This document shows positions 1 to 12,356 of a DNA stretch of 64,000 bases, in pieces. Within the stretch, counting starts at the first letter, position 1. Each line of letters starts with the position of its first letter. Source of the stretch: Craspedostauros australis (Eukaryota); NCBI GenBank assembly GCA_030167865.1, contig JALAGF010003204.1:1-64000 (forward strand), read 5' to 3'. The translations under genes were made by a program, and so were the position numbers. Under the pieces are notes generated by a model, which was given only the letters and a program-made list of their open reading frames with translations, had not been told where the DNA came from and did not search any database.

Positions 1-78
1 TGCGTATGAGAGAATAACGGGTGAACGATGCACATATACACGTACATCTTGACATATACTCACATGTACATCTCGACA
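1..78 (+). repeat. LTR-like terminus, cut by the window edge; inverted copy of 701-778
   Basis: 1-78 is the reverse complement of 701-778 with 1 mismatch and ends in ...CATCTCGACA (TG...CA-type end). Confidence 0.75.
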
Positions 79-175
79 AACAATGACTTGATCACTCTAC
101 GTTCTTGGTGTGGTATCCTATGACCCATCTACAATTTTGTTCTAACATGTACCATCAACGAAGCAACAAGTCAAG

Positions 176-700
176 ATGGCGACATCAGCCAACATGAAAA
201 AGCAATGCATCAAGGCGCCGATGTTCAGCGGTGAACAAGAGGATTTTAGCACATGAGAGTCCCAGGCAAAAGCATACGCTCGTACACAGAAGACGAGAGA
301 CGTGATGTTGGGCAAGACAAAGATTCCAACAATGAGTGAGATTGCAGCAGCCACTGGAGAAGACAAGGAAGTACTGGAGGAGACCTACAAGCTAGCATGC
401 GACTGCTTCAGCAATCTGATCCTCATGATGGATGCAGAGAAAGGAAAGGGCAAGCAGGCCATTCAATACATCAACCAATGTGTCTCCGACAACTATCCTG
501 AGGGGAATCTACACATGGCATGAAATGTTCTTGCGAAGAAGTTCCGCCCATCCAATGCGGTGACGAAGATCAAACTCAAGCGCCAATTCAACAACGAAAA
601 GATGAAGAGAGACACAGACCCCGACGTCTACATCACGCGACTTGAGATGCTACGCTCGTGTCTCCACGATGTCGGATACACGATCACCGACAAGGAGATG
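176..700 (+). pseudogene. Ty1/Copia (CoDi-like) gag fragment, degenerate and interrupted
   Basis: One frame from ATG 176 reads MATSANMKKQCIKAPMFSGEQEDFST*ESQAKAYAR...GNLHMA*NVLAKKFRPSNAVTKIKLKRQF...DPDVYITRLEMLRSCLHDVGYTITDKEM, a Copia gag (UBN2-like) pattern. TGA stops at 254 and 521 fall where Trp is expected; similarity ends at 700. Confidence 0.8.
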
Positions 701-1421
701 TGTCGAGATGTACATGTGAGTATATGTCGAGATGTACGTGTATATGTGCATCGTTCACCCGTTATTCTCTCATACGCACTTGGACGGTATAACTACATTC
801 GTGTAGATAGTATGCTGTGATTCGTCAGAATTACAGTGGAAATGGAACACGCGAAAATGAGCAGAATTTCTGGAGGAAATTTGCAATCGACGATTTCTGA
901 GAGAATTGGAAATATCGTCCGTCCATCCATCAATGGAAACATATGGTACCAAGAGAATCTCAAGGTATTTCCCAACTAAACCTCAGATGACAATATCATC
1001 TGACAGACTGCTGCATCACCAATGGAACGTGACATCTGGAGAGCAGAAGGACGCCTACTGATGTTGACAGGATGTCATCATGTCACCACGTCAACATCTG
1101 TCTCCAGGTCAGAGCAGGAGATGAAGATCCGATGACCGAAGGACATCAAGATCATGGATACAGAAGGTGAAGTTCAAATGGTAAGTACTCATGGAGTAGG
1201 AGCCAGTAGTGAACGAACGAAGTATCGAATGCAGAGTGGGCATCGAACAATAAGTATTGTGTAGCACGAGTACACGATATTGAGAGAGAGAGAATACGAA
1301 GAGTGGTGAGAGAGCATCTCACACACCAACTCATAGTTGGAGACTGAATCTACAAGACAGGACAAATGTGCCGAGAGCATCGGGCAAGAGAGAAGACACT
1401 GAGAGGATCAGAGTCTCAACA
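701..1421. mobile_element. Probable LTR inserted into the gag remnant
   Basis: Starts TGTCGAGA exactly where gag similarity ends; a near-inverted end TCTCAACA lies at 1414-1421; non-coding. No perfect TSD (AGATG vs TAATG), so the right boundary is tentative. Confidence 0.5.
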
Positions 1422-3184
1422 TAATGAAATAGCAAACAGAACGACTATCAACAACACCGTCTTCCACGATCGTAAGCTTCTGTGAGCGGAACTTGACAAC
1501 AAGCACTATCGTGGATGGACTGTTGGATCGCCTTGCCGGAACACCTTAAAAAGAGACTAAACAATTCAAAATGGGAACAAATTTGCTGAAATGAAGAGCA
1601 CCAAAGGGTCAAGTTGAGTTGAGATTCAATGAGGGACAGACTATTACCGGACACGGTATCAACCAGATGGGAGAAATTCTTGTTTTGGCGCGAAATCTTC
1701 CGACTTGATCGACCACCAAATCTTTTCTCCTCCTTTCTCTCCTCCATTCACGAATCCATTATGACTCAAACATGACCGACCTGACTCACACCTCACCTTG
1801 GGAACTATATGCTCCTCAGATCCTTTTACTACAACATACCTCGATTCCCTTCATGCTGATGACTACTGCACTACTGCTGTAGTCTTGACGCGTGTATCCA
1901 ACCTGCTTCAACTCGAGCAATGGAATCCGAGGGTCAGCTCCAGCCACAGCCACTGCTTCATGACCGTCACTAACATGCGTCATGATCTACACTGCAGTGT
2001 ATCTAAGTGTACGGAGAGCAAGGCACTGTAATGATCGTCCACCCTGCAGCACTGAACCAAGTACATCAGTGCAGGGTCTTGCCAAGTTGTGTGACATCGT
2101 TTCTTCACCCTACTAACACTACAAGCTAACTCATAATAAACACAGACAAGGATTAGCTACAAAGCACTCTTCTATTCATTGTTACAGTAACAACTCTTCA
2201 AACAGTACACCTCTCTTGAACTGCATTACACGGCTATCCCGAAGCCGGCAGATCCAAGAGACATCTTCCACCGATTCGCGCCGACTACGCCCGAATCCTA
2301 ACTAGTTGGATCAATGTAGTCGGAAGCAAAAGGCTGAAACCCCAAAGAGATCCAAAAATATGCACATCCGTCGGTCCATAAAACTTAAATAGGACCAACC
2401 TCAGAACTGTAATGGATCAGGATATGTTTTAGATCCACGAGGATGAGGAATATGTGCTTAATTTGGAAATCGGAGACAAAATGTTAGGAGGTCCATTTCA
2501 AAGGGTTGGTTGGCTCGCTGACCGGCTCCAAAACTCGCTTGGGCATGGTCGCCACATTTCCGTTCTTCTCTTGTTCGTGATTCTGCGATGCGCAAGAGGG
2601 AACATTTCGACGGATGGATGTGGGTAGAGGAAGTTGATGCGAGCATTGCCCATTCACGAACAGTATTAGTCACGAGACGAGTATTTCGGTCATTTTGTTG
2701 AATCGCATGACTCGCAAACCAAAGAAGAACGACTGATTCGTGCACAAACCACCACCAACACGATCGGCGACAAAAATGTCGACTTGTTCTTGTACAGGAA
2801 CAATGTCGCGGAGAGCGTCGGGAAGGGCGGTTGAGGACGTGGATGCCTCGGTGTACTGCCAACCAAAGACCTTGACGACACAACGTCCGAAGACAGTGGC
2901 AATACACAACGAAGTGACACCATCAGAAGCGACACCAAAGTCTCAGCATTGGCATCCCGATAATAGCCAATGACATCAACAGTTCTATTGTCTGAATCTT
3001 CTCGCCGACGCATATATACCCTACTCGTACGCCAAAGGCAGCATTGCATTGAAGCAAGGCATCAGTTCCTGCACATTGTGAGAACGGAACCACTCTATCC
3101 TGCGTTGTGGCAATACAGAAGACAACGATAGCAGCAATCGCAGCGGCAATCGCAGCAATAGCCAATAGCAACACGAGAACGACC

Positions 3185-4980
3185 ATGGCCAACTTCTCAG
3201 CAACCAGGAAAAAGCCGAAACAGAGCAAGAGCATCCTTCCGCTGGTGGTGGTTTTCGGGATCGGTATATTGACGATTGGCCGGATAATCCAGCTCAACTC
3301 GGCCAGTCTTCTGGAATCCAATGTTGTGGTCAACGAGCTGTCGGCCTTCGTTCCAGACTCGCAGACTGTCGAAGAACATAAGCCACCGACGGTCAAAGCG
3401 GTCGAAGAGGCGACAGAATTGCAACCACAATCACAGCCGGACGACACATCGACACCACCGAGGCTTGTGACCGATGCTGGAGTCGATGTGTCAGATCCAG
3501 AGCTGTATACTGGTGAAGACCTGCATGGAGATAGCTCAACAGCGACAGTGATGGGACTCGGTAGGTTGGCATCGTGTAGAGCATTGGGTTGGCAAGACAC
3601 GGCGCAATGCGTCCCCATGGCACGTGGCATAGCTTGGCAGGGCGTGCTTCGGGCTTGGTTGGTTGGTTTTGTGAGCGTGGCTCTTCGCCAAGGATGTGAT
3701 GGGTGCAACCTGGTTGCTTCCCGTCTTCCTCTTCTTTCATCTATAGCACCACCAGATGTTCTTGAAGCTCATGGAGCATGCATCAGCGTTAAAACCACGA
3801 CCATCAGCCCCAGCACGCTACCTTGCTTGAAAGCGTCGCAATGCACATCTTTCTCACACATCCATGTCATGTTATTCATCCATTCATTCACGCAATGCCA
3901 TGGCTCACTTGTCCTTCCTCCCTACTGCCCCATCATGAAATTCGATGTTGGTACGATACAGCTACCGGATACAACCTCGGTGTTTTCGAAAGATTCGTAG
4001 GGACTTTGCGCAAATCGGGATTCAAGGGCCACATCATCCTGGGAGTAGCGCCGGACGTTCCAGAGTTGACTTTGGCATATTTCGAGGTCCAGAACGTCAC
4101 CACCAAGGTGCTGCAGTGGGTGGACTGCCAGTATGATCGAGAGAGCACAAGCTCCAAGGTTTTGTCACAAGACAAAACTTGTGTGCATCCCTACATCGAC
4201 ATCAAGTCGCGGTGGAGCCGATTTCCGCTGCAGCGCGATTGGTTGGAGCAATGCGAGACGTGCACGGGTCCGGTCCTCGTGATGGACGTCCGAGACTCGT
4301 TCTTCCAGCGAGATCCATTCGGTCCCGGCTCACCGAAGGTGGAGGGTCTGCAGGTCTTTGAGGAGCACAAAAATCAGACAACAAGCCATTGGCTGACCAA
4401 CTGGCCGATCAACAACTGCAAAAAGGTGAGGTATAAGGAGACGATGCTTTGCTCCGGCACCACGATCGGCACTCGGAAGGCCATGATGAAGTACCTGGAA
4501 GTGATGCACCAGGAAATGAGGAGCTGGATTCAGCAGAAGGAATGCCGTTTTGATATCCACGGTGACGATCAGAGCATCCACAACCACTTGTTCTACTCAG
4601 GCCAACTCCCTTTCGCGACTGCCATACCGAACCGCATTGGCATCGTTCACACGGTCGGATACGAGGCTGCCAAACTTTGGAAGGCGAAGAACAATTATTA
4701 CATGACCGCCAAAGGATTTTCGAAACCGCAGGCAGGCAGTGCTCCATTCTTGGGCGCCACCCCGGACCGCTGGCTCGGACCAGACACGAACCTGATCGAT
4801 GATGACGGGTACATCCTTGATTTCGATGGATCCAGATCAAGGGTCATCCATCAATTTGATCGATTCGGAAAGCAGATTATGCCATGGATGCATTCGCACG
4901 GCATCAACAGCGACCCGGTCGCTCGAGAGCTCATAAAGAATCTCAAGGAAAAGGCCCGAGGGATCAAAAAAGACAAATGA
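3185..4980 (+). CDS. Type II membrane GT-A-like glycosyltransferase of unknown specificity; 2 exons (3185-3560, 3962-4980)
   Basis: N-terminal TM (ILPLVVVFGIGILTIG) and stem. GT-AG intron 3561-3961 joins ATVMGL-ATGYNLGVFERFVGTLR in frame. Motifs VLVMDVRDSFFQRDPF, CSGTTIG, DDQSIHN, IHQFDR. Confidence 0.7.
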
Positions 4981-5672
4981 GGCACAGCAAACGCATCCGC
5001 CGACAAGGAATAGAGAGCTGGATTTGTTTGCTTCTGGGAGCTTGGCATGATGGAATTACCGATGATAGAATAGTATGCACTCTCCAGAGCGACCGTTGAA
5101 TGAGGTCACATCGATGTTTTTGTTCAGGGAACAGTGGGAGAAGTGGAGTGTTGTCCATCACAGTCGTGTGAGGTATTTTACATACAAATACAAATGGACA
5201 GATCCATGAGAGCCATAGGCAAAACGAATGTACGGTATGGTGTTACGTTGACCACTTCAAATGGTAGCGTTGTGATCTTCGTCGTGCTGGTCGCAAGTGT
5301 GTGGGATGGGCCCACCCCCGCCGACCAAATGGCACGGGCATTCGCGTGACTTACCCCGCTCCTCTACTTTCATTCTCGCAGTAGCGTTGCGTCTTAATCG
5401 AACGAGTCCATCCTAAGAAACACACCGAACAAATCGCGCACAAAAAGTCAAACAACATCACAACAACACCTTCTCGCGTACCTGCCCAGCAACGATCTTG
5501 TGGCAATGTCATAATTGCAACACGTCACGAGCTTCATTGTTGGGAAACAACAAGAGAGCCACACGGCCATCGTCATCTAGATCAAGTTCATATAATAGGA
5601 TCAGTGGCAAGTGGTTGATATCCGCCAAGTATTCCATACAGATAGATACGACTACACAAACAGACAGCGAAG

Positions 5673-6554
5673 ATGATGAGAGCGGTGAGATCGCACCTGA
5701 GCTTGACCTTCGTGGTCACGTGCATGGCAGCTCTGGTGATAACAGGCGCCAGCGCAAACGAAGCAAGCGGAGATGCTGCGGCCTCTCCGCTTGGAACATC
5801 ATGGACGCTGTACCACTCCTTCAACGGTGGCAAGGACTTCACTCGCCGCGGCGTGATCGGATGGAACGCGGAAGAGCAAGAGCTCGAAGTGCGTAACGAC
5901 GACGAGTGTTTATCGCTGGCCAATCTGGAGCAGGCGAAGGAAGCCGGCTGGTACCAGGTCAAGCTCGTGCCCGACGACGAATCCAGCTTCGCCATGGCCA
6001 CGGTCCCCGCGTGCAGCATCCAGCGTGCCAACTTCCGCGACGAATTCAGCCTCTTGATCAATCGCGACGACGCCTTGCTCAGCATGGCGTACAACCCGCT
6101 CATCAGTCCTTTGGCGCCGAAGGATTGCGCGGACATGGATACCGACCGATTGGCCGCCGAGGGCGGCATCAAATTCTCGTCCAAGGCGGCGCTGGAATTG
6201 GATAAACCCGGCATGGTCATCCGTCCCGTTCTGCCGCAGACCAAGCCACCGCCCGGTCTCAACTTCATCCCCAATCCCAACAAGCGCAGTGCGGACGCCG
6301 CTGCCATGGGCATCCCACCGGACGAAAAAGAAGCTGTCACGGGCCCCGTCAGCTTCATCAAGCGATATTGGTACGTCGTGCTGCCGCTGTTCATCTCCAG
6401 CTTCATCGGCACGGAACCGCCGCCGGAAGGAGAAGAAGGCCAGCAGCAGGAAGGAGGATCGGGTGCCGCAGCAGTTGCAGGCGGAGCTGCAGTCGGAGCG
6501 GCGGCAGTTGCTGCGGCGGGCGGCAGAAAGGAGCGTCGTGGAAAGAAGGGTTAA
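5673..6554 (+). CDS. EMC10: ER membrane protein complex subunit 10-like
   Basis: Signal peptide, lumenal domain with RRGVI and VPACSI, and C-terminal TM SFIKRYWYVVLPLFI matching the EMC10 SF.xKYWxxIxP pattern. Confidence 0.75.
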   Translation: MMRAVRSHLSLTFVVTCMAALVITGASANEASGDAAASPLGTSWTLYHSFNGGKDFTRRGVIGWNAEEQELEVRNDDECLSLANLEQAKEAGWYQVKLVPDDESSFAMATVPACSIQRANFRDEFSLLINRDDALLSMAYNPLISPLAPKDCADMDTDRLAAEGGIKFSSKAALELDKPGMVIRPVLPQTKPPPGLNFIPNPNKRSADAAAMGIPPDEKEAVTGPVSFIKRYWYVVLPLFISSFIGTEPPPEGEEGQQQEGGSGAAAVAGGAAVGAAAVAAAGGRKERRGKKG

Positions 6555-7596
6555 GGGTGGTCCGCAAATGCGACGCATAGTGGGACCTGGGCGGAGACCG
6601 GATAGAACGCATGCCCTTGTATCGATGTCCATCCATGGCGTTGAGCCTGTTGTCGCATCGTGTCCAACGTACAGTCATAGCGTGGACCCTCGCCAGTTCT
6701 GCGAATGCGTGGCAAAACCAGGATCCGAAAAAGGAAACAAACGCAAACGATCCCCACTGTTCGGTTCAACAACCCAAACGACGCCATGTTCAAAGGCCAC
6801 ATCATTGGAACATTACCACGGCAACGTCGCGAAATCGCGACATCGCGGCGACGCTGACCAACTTCATCAACACAAAGACGCAAGTCTCCCAGCACTACAC
6901 GCACTTTTTCCTGCCTGCCTCCCTTTCTCTCAGCAGTCTCTCTCTCGCGCTCATCGGTGCAAGCATCCGACAAAAGTCCCATGCACTCGACCCCACGACA
7001 ACACCATCAACGATGGCGACAGCGACAGCAGACACATGTCCTAAGCACTTTTTTTCCATTCGCAAATTAGAGTACGCGTAGAACGTATCGTATCCAAGTT
7101 CAGACAAGAAGCGTTTGACGGATTCGGCGGCTTCGAAAAAGCAGCTGACGCCGTCGAGAACTTTTTTGAAGATTGTTGTTGTTGTTTCAGCCTCGAAAAT
7201 GTTTAGCTTGTGGTAGAAGCAGACCTTTCGCGCGAGTGCATCGATCTACAGCTTGAACAGCGATGGACGCCGCTCGTTTGATGTCCAAACCTGACGGCGT
7301 GCTATTGAATATTGCATGCCTCGCTGGAAAATACTGAGAAAATCCAGGACAATACAAATACGCAGCGCACTTGATTCATGCATGGGAATGCATGAGAATG
7401 ATTACACGCGTGAGAGAGGGTGTGGTATGTCAATGACTGATTACTAGAGTCCGGTACGTGCACACGCAATGATTTTTGATACAGAGCAGAGTATACTTAT
7501 TCGGCACGGATACGATGCTAGGTCCGTCTTCGATCATAGATGCTCGCACCATGCTGGTATTTGTACGGACGGTTGTTCCAGATGGGGGTGCCGCTC

Positions 7597-9102
7597 CTAC
7601 TTGTACTGCTTGTTGTAGGCTTCGATGATGGACAGGAATTTGTCAAAATCTTGTCTCATGCTGTCGGTTGGCTCCGAATTGTTTTTCATACGAATCTGGT
7701 CGAAGTCTTCGCACAGACCGCCACCGCTGCTTTTGATGGAAGCCACTGCAATTGCCTTCTTCGTCTTCTTCTTATCATGCAGCACGACCATCACTTCCGA
7801 TCCTTCGGACACTGTATTCTTGTAGTCAAAGCAGCAGTTGCTCAGGGTCTTGCCAATCCGGTACAATTCGAGATCGCTTCGGATGACACGGAATCGCTTG
7901 GAGTCCTTCAGATTGTCCCAGCATTTGTACTTGCGATTCGTGGAGCCAACAGCGTCCATCTCCTCCTTGAAGTTGGTGTCCTTCTTGATCAGCTGGGCCG
8001 GCGTCTTGGAAAGAAGGTCATTCTCTGCCCAGTCAAAGAGTCCCGCGGTGTCCTCCTGTCGCGATTGCATGTCACATACCATCGTCTGTGCATCCAGCAG
8101 CACGTCGAGGTGGACCAAAGTGGCTGGGTCTATCCAGAGATGGAAGCATCGGGCGAGGTGTTGCATGGACAGCGACATCTTGTCTCCGCTAAGGATCTGT
8201 GTCAGCGCGGCACGTGTCTTGTCGGCGACGTCGTCGTCAAGGTCGTTCAGGATGCGTCCGAAGTACCCTTCCACCTGCAGGTCTGCTGGGTCCACGATCC
8301 AGTCCTTGTTAGAAAGGGTGAGCTCGTTGGCAGCGTCTGGCCAAATGAGGCTTGTGTCTTTTGCTCCAATTGGCTTGTCTGCCGACAAGACCTCGAGGAG
8401 TTCCTTTAGATCGTACTGCAGCAGCGTATCACCAATGCTTTCCACGAGTGTCTCTTTGAGTACTTTGTCTGAGTCTACGCCGTCGACATTGAGGATCTGA
8501 GCTAGGGATTGGAGTTCTTTCTTCTTCAATTTGGAGAGTCTGGCCTTTACTGTTTGACGCAGTTGTCGCAAGTAGACCGTCTTGTGAGCGCCCTCGATGT
8601 CGAACCCACCCCAACCACGGACGAAGAGGTCAGATCCTCGGCGGACGTCTTTCCAGATGAGCAACTTGTCGGAGCTGTCTGAGTTGCCAATGATAAATTG
8701 GCGGATGATGTTGAGCTGAGGCACCCCAAGGATGTTCGAGAAGTTCTCCAGCGCCTCGTACTCTGCCTTCCCCTCCGACTCTTTGATCACAGCAGTGTAA
8801 GAAGCTTCGTCGAGGAACGGGAACTTGAACGTTGAGGCTGAGTCGTTGATATCACCTGATCCCGTTGCTTCCATGGCGGCAACCTTGCCGTTAGTCTGTG
8901 CCGCTGCAACTCCGCTGAGGCTGCTGAACGTGCGCAGGTTCGGAGAATGGAAGCGTTGGTGGCCGTAAGCCCAAGGGCAAGCTTGGTTGTGGTTGTTGTT
9001 GAAGGCGGTGGTGATGGTCCGCGGTCGGAATGCTCTCGTCGTTGGTAGCGAGTACGTCATCGCGGCTACCACGGATGACAAGCCAGTCTTCAAGCCTTGC
9101 AT
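7597..9102 (-). CDS. Probable organelle-targeted protein with HeH/SAP-like helix pair and PcfJ-like C-terminal domain
   Basis: 501-aa intronless ORF; S/T/R-rich, acid-free N-terminus; LSKLKKKELQSLAQILNVDG...LKETLVESI; C-terminal ELYRIGKTLSNCCFDYKNTVSEG...FDQIRMKNNSEP. Confidence 0.6.
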   Translation of the reverse strand: MQGLKTGLSSVVAAMTYSLPTTRAFRPRTITTAFNNNHNQACPWAYGHQRFHSPNLRTFSSLSGVAAAQTNGKVAAMEATGSGDINDSASTFKFPFLDEASYTAVIKESEGKAEYEALENFSNILGVPQLNIIRQFIIGNSDSSDKLLIWKDVRRGSDLFVRGWGGFDIEGAHKTVYLRQLRQTVKARLSKLKKKELQSLAQILNVDGVDSDKVLKETLVESIGDTLLQYDLKELLEVLSADKPIGAKDTSLIWPDAANELTLSNKDWIVDPADLQVEGYFGRILNDLDDDVADKTRAALTQILSGDKMSLSMQHLARCFHLWIDPATLVHLDVLLDAQTMVCDMQSRQEDTAGLFDWAENDLLSKTPAQLIKKDTNFKEEMDAVGSTNRKYKCWDNLKDSKRFRVIRSDLELYRIGKTLSNCCFDYKNTVSEGSEVMVVLHDKKKTKKAIAVASIKSSGGGLCEDFDQIRMKNNSEPTDSMRQDFDKFLSIIEAYNKQYK

Positions 9103-10265
9103 GATGATGGTTGGTTTGGTGCGCGTGTGTTTGGATGGTCAGGGAGTATAGTACTGTTGACTAGAGGAAGGCACTTGGTTGCTGGCCTCTTGGAATGCGT
9201 TTGCTTTTTTATGTCGGGGTGGACGATGTGACAAGACTTCGCTCTGGTTGACAATGCAAGCAATAGATGTACGAACTGTTTGCGTCTTGCCACATGCCGT
9301 CAACACAAGCCACGGCTATCGCATCGCATCGCAGCGCAGCACATCGCACAAAACCACGTTGCGTGTAAGTGCGAGTTCCAACGAACGTGTGTGCGTCGAC
9401 GTGAATTCCCTTCAATTGCAACCTGTCGCGGAGCATACTCGTACATACCCGCACATACGAGCACACGGTGTCAAGAAAATCCGACTTGTTTCTCCACGTT
9501 ATCAACTCATCGTGGAGGCGAGCTGTGCAGGATCATGCGTGCCCTCCTGAGCTGCTTGTTTGCGCGATGGATCTTGCAACGTGTCATCGACATTGCGGGC
9601 GTCACGAGCACGGTCCGTGGCTTCGATTGCGAGTGCGACATCCACGATGATGGCTCCACGATTTGGTAGCGATCGTGGCGACTCCACCAGAGTACTTGTA
9701 GTGCGAGTATGGATGGAGTGGTCACCACGACACCGAAGATGGACATCAGATGCATTTACGCTGCGGGAACAGATACGTCGCCGTGAGGGAGGAACGTCGA
9801 CTCTCCAAGTGCTCCTTGTTGATTTGACTCCTTGCCATGATGCTGGGAATTACTTTTTGCTGCCGCAAGAGAAGCTCTGTGAGATGTTGTGGGGGTTGGA
9901 TGCAAACGAAACGGGCACGAACAACTGTGGCTCTTCATGTCATCACATGACCACCTCTCATCTTGCTTCTCTACCCCCAAATAGATACTTTGTTCTCATT
10001 TTGTCGAGTCCCGCATGAAAGGTATCGTGTTTGGACATCATTTTGGCGCCACCACACCAAAACAAGGCAGAAGGCTGCTGCGATGTGCCTGTGCTCGGGT
10101 CCACCAAGACAAACGACCAACACGACGATGGCTGCAGTCGTCGGCATCGAAGGAAGCGTAGGATAGCACTATACCGCACAATATATTCTGTACTTTAATA
10201 TAATAGAATAGTATACTTCGCAACACACTGCCAAACAGAGAGCGAGCAGCAGTAACGATATCCGA

Positions 10266-11444
10266 ATGATGACGACATTGAGCAAGCAGCAGAGCAATGC
10301 CGACACCAGTGAGAACCCCAGCTTGCAGCGGAGAGATAGCGACGGCGGTGTGGAGGATGATCCATTCTGGCAGGTTGCCTTCGATGAGGATGGAGGGTTG
10401 TCATCCCGTCGATTCGTCTCGTTGGACGATGACTGTGACATGTCGGGCCGGTCCACGATGTACAGAATACCGGGCTTGGGTAGAACACTGACGTTGGAGA
10501 GTTTGGCGGAAGTTGATGGGATTTGGAGTCCGGTGGGTGGCGACGTCTGGTACTCATCGGCCATCCTCGCAGCCATTATGATTCAGTCCATGACGGGCAA
10601 GCTATCATCAGTGCTACCACCCTCCACTGTGTCGCAGCTGCAAGGTTTATTAGGAGATATCTGCAACATCGGCGACAACAACAACAGCAGCAACAATCAT
10701 GGGAGTGACGATGACGGTAGAGCCATCACGGTATTGGAGATTGGAAGTGGGGCTGTGGCCTTGTCCGGTTTTGCCTGCGCCTGTGCGTCTACGTATCAAG
10801 CAGTGCAAACGCCAACACCCACACCCACACAAACATCAGGGAAAACACAACCACACGCAACATCAGCATCGACGTCAACAGAGGCGACGAGAACAGCCGG
10901 TTGCGATTCGCAGCTGCAAGAAGATCTTGAGAAAGATCAACATTTGCGTCAACAGCAAAAGCAAAGGATCATACTCTCGGATAATGACAGGGAATGCCTG
11001 TCGCAACTGAGAAGGAATGTGGACTCGAACGGTATGCAAGATTCAGTACACGTTCGCGAGATAGATTGGGGAGACTGCGCCGAATTCTTCGAAGAGGAGG
11101 AACATATCGACTTGGTCATCGGATCGGAGTTGATCTACACGAAGGAAACTGGAGATGCGTGCACTGCCTTCGTGCAGACGATCTTCGATCGGTACCCAAC
11201 ATGCGCCGTCTTGATTGTCCAAGTTGTGGATAGGTTCGGTTGGGAGGAGATATTCATGCCGTCGATACAGAGGAAACGAGCGGATGGAAAGGAGTTAGTG
11301 GTCAAGAAGATCGACATCTCATTGGAGCTTCATGATGTTGCTGCGCAGATGGTCCAACCCGGCGGCACCTTGGATTTGTCAGCGTTTGGCGCCGTCCTCA
11401 TCCGAAGAGCCGACCGACAACAGCGAGTAATCGGCGAAATATGA
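10266..11444 (+). CDS. Seven-beta-strand protein lysine methyltransferase (METTL21/Methyltransf_16 family)
   Basis: GGDVWYSSAILA, motif I VLEIGSGA, IILSDND, IDWG, DLVIGSELIY. Confidence 0.85.
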   Translation: MMTTLSKQQSNADTSENPSLQRRDSDGGVEDDPFWQVAFDEDGGLSSRRFVSLDDDCDMSGRSTMYRIPGLGRTLTLESLAEVDGIWSPVGGDVWYSSAILAAIMIQSMTGKLSSVLPPSTVSQLQGLLGDICNIGDNNNSSNNHGSDDDGRAITVLEIGSGAVALSGFACACASTYQAVQTPTPTPTQTSGKTQPHATSASTSTEATRTAGCDSQLQEDLEKDQHLRQQQKQRIILSDNDRECLSQLRRNVDSNGMQDSVHVREIDWGDCAEFFEEEEHIDLVIGSELIYTKETGDACTAFVQTIFDRYPTCAVLIVQVVDRFGWEEIFMPSIQRKRADGKELVVKKIDISLELHDVAAQMVQPGGTLDLSAFGAVLIRRADRQQRVIGEI

Positions 11445-11849
11445 GCGGTTGAAAATATATGACGACAAGCATGAATAGTGCGTGTGCGCAGTCCGAGTAC
11501 TATGCAGCAGCATTATATAGCGGCAGTCATATTTGAAAGAAATGATGTGGATTATCTATTGTATGACTCTATAGTAGCTCCAACTTGACGCTTTGGGTTC
11601 GGTGTCGGCATCTTGCAGAATACGCAAAACGGTGCCGTGGAATCAAAAGAGCAGAATTTCATTGTTAGCCTAGAACTCGTATTGCGCGTGTTAATTGTTC
11701 CTCAGGCGTTTCTTCCATAGCGTCGAGCGAACTGCGTTCTTGTGTCTGCTCTGCGTTTGCTCTCCGTCGCCGGCGTACAATACCTGTTTGTATTTTCATT
11801 TCCGTGTGCATTTCGAGTCCTGATTGAATCGATCAGCGCATCCATCAAC

Positions 11850-12356
11850 CTACAGCTTGGAATTCCCTTCTGATCCTTGCCCCTGAATCCCAAGCCGCGG
11901 CACCTCGATCGCAGGACAAGCGTCCATGACGACATCCAACCCAGCATCCTTCGCCCTCTGCGCCGCGTCTTCATTGATGACTCCAATCTGCAGCCACACG
12001 GATCGGGCATTGACCGCTATCGCTTCGTCCACAACACCGCCGGCTGCCTCCGAATTGCGAAAGACATCCACCATGTCGATGGGAACATTCACCTCGCCGA
12101 GACTCCCGCACACGCTCTGACCATGGATCGTCCTGCCGGCCAATCCTGGATTGATGGGGATGACGTCGTAGCCTTGATCCAGGAGGAACTTCATGACGCG
12201 ATTGGACGGTCGTTCCGATTTGGGCGACGCTCCCACCAACGCGATCGTCTTGGACGAGGACAGGACGCGCCGAACTGTTTCCTCCTGCCTCCAGAAGGGG
12301 GCCGCCGACGACGACATGGTGGCAAATGCCGTGGTTGCGAGATTCTTCCATCCCAT
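11850..12356 (-). CDS. CoA-binding protein (YccU / CoA_binding_2 family)
   Basis: [69 protein letters not shown]. Confidence 0.9.
   Translation of the reverse strand: MGWKNLATTAFATMSSSAAPFWRQEETVRRVLSSSKTIALVGASPKSERPSNRVMKFLLDQGYDVIPINPGLAGRTIHGQSVCGSLGEVNVPIDMVDVFRNSEAAGGVVDEAIAVNARSVWLQIGVINEDAAQRAKDAGLDVVMDACPAIEVPRLGIQGQGSEGNSKL

Noticed and set aside
1422-2460. Additional retroelement sequence with a purine tract at about 1721-1746 on the minus strand
   Set aside because: No recognisable pol motifs, PBS or paired termini, so boundaries cannot be supported
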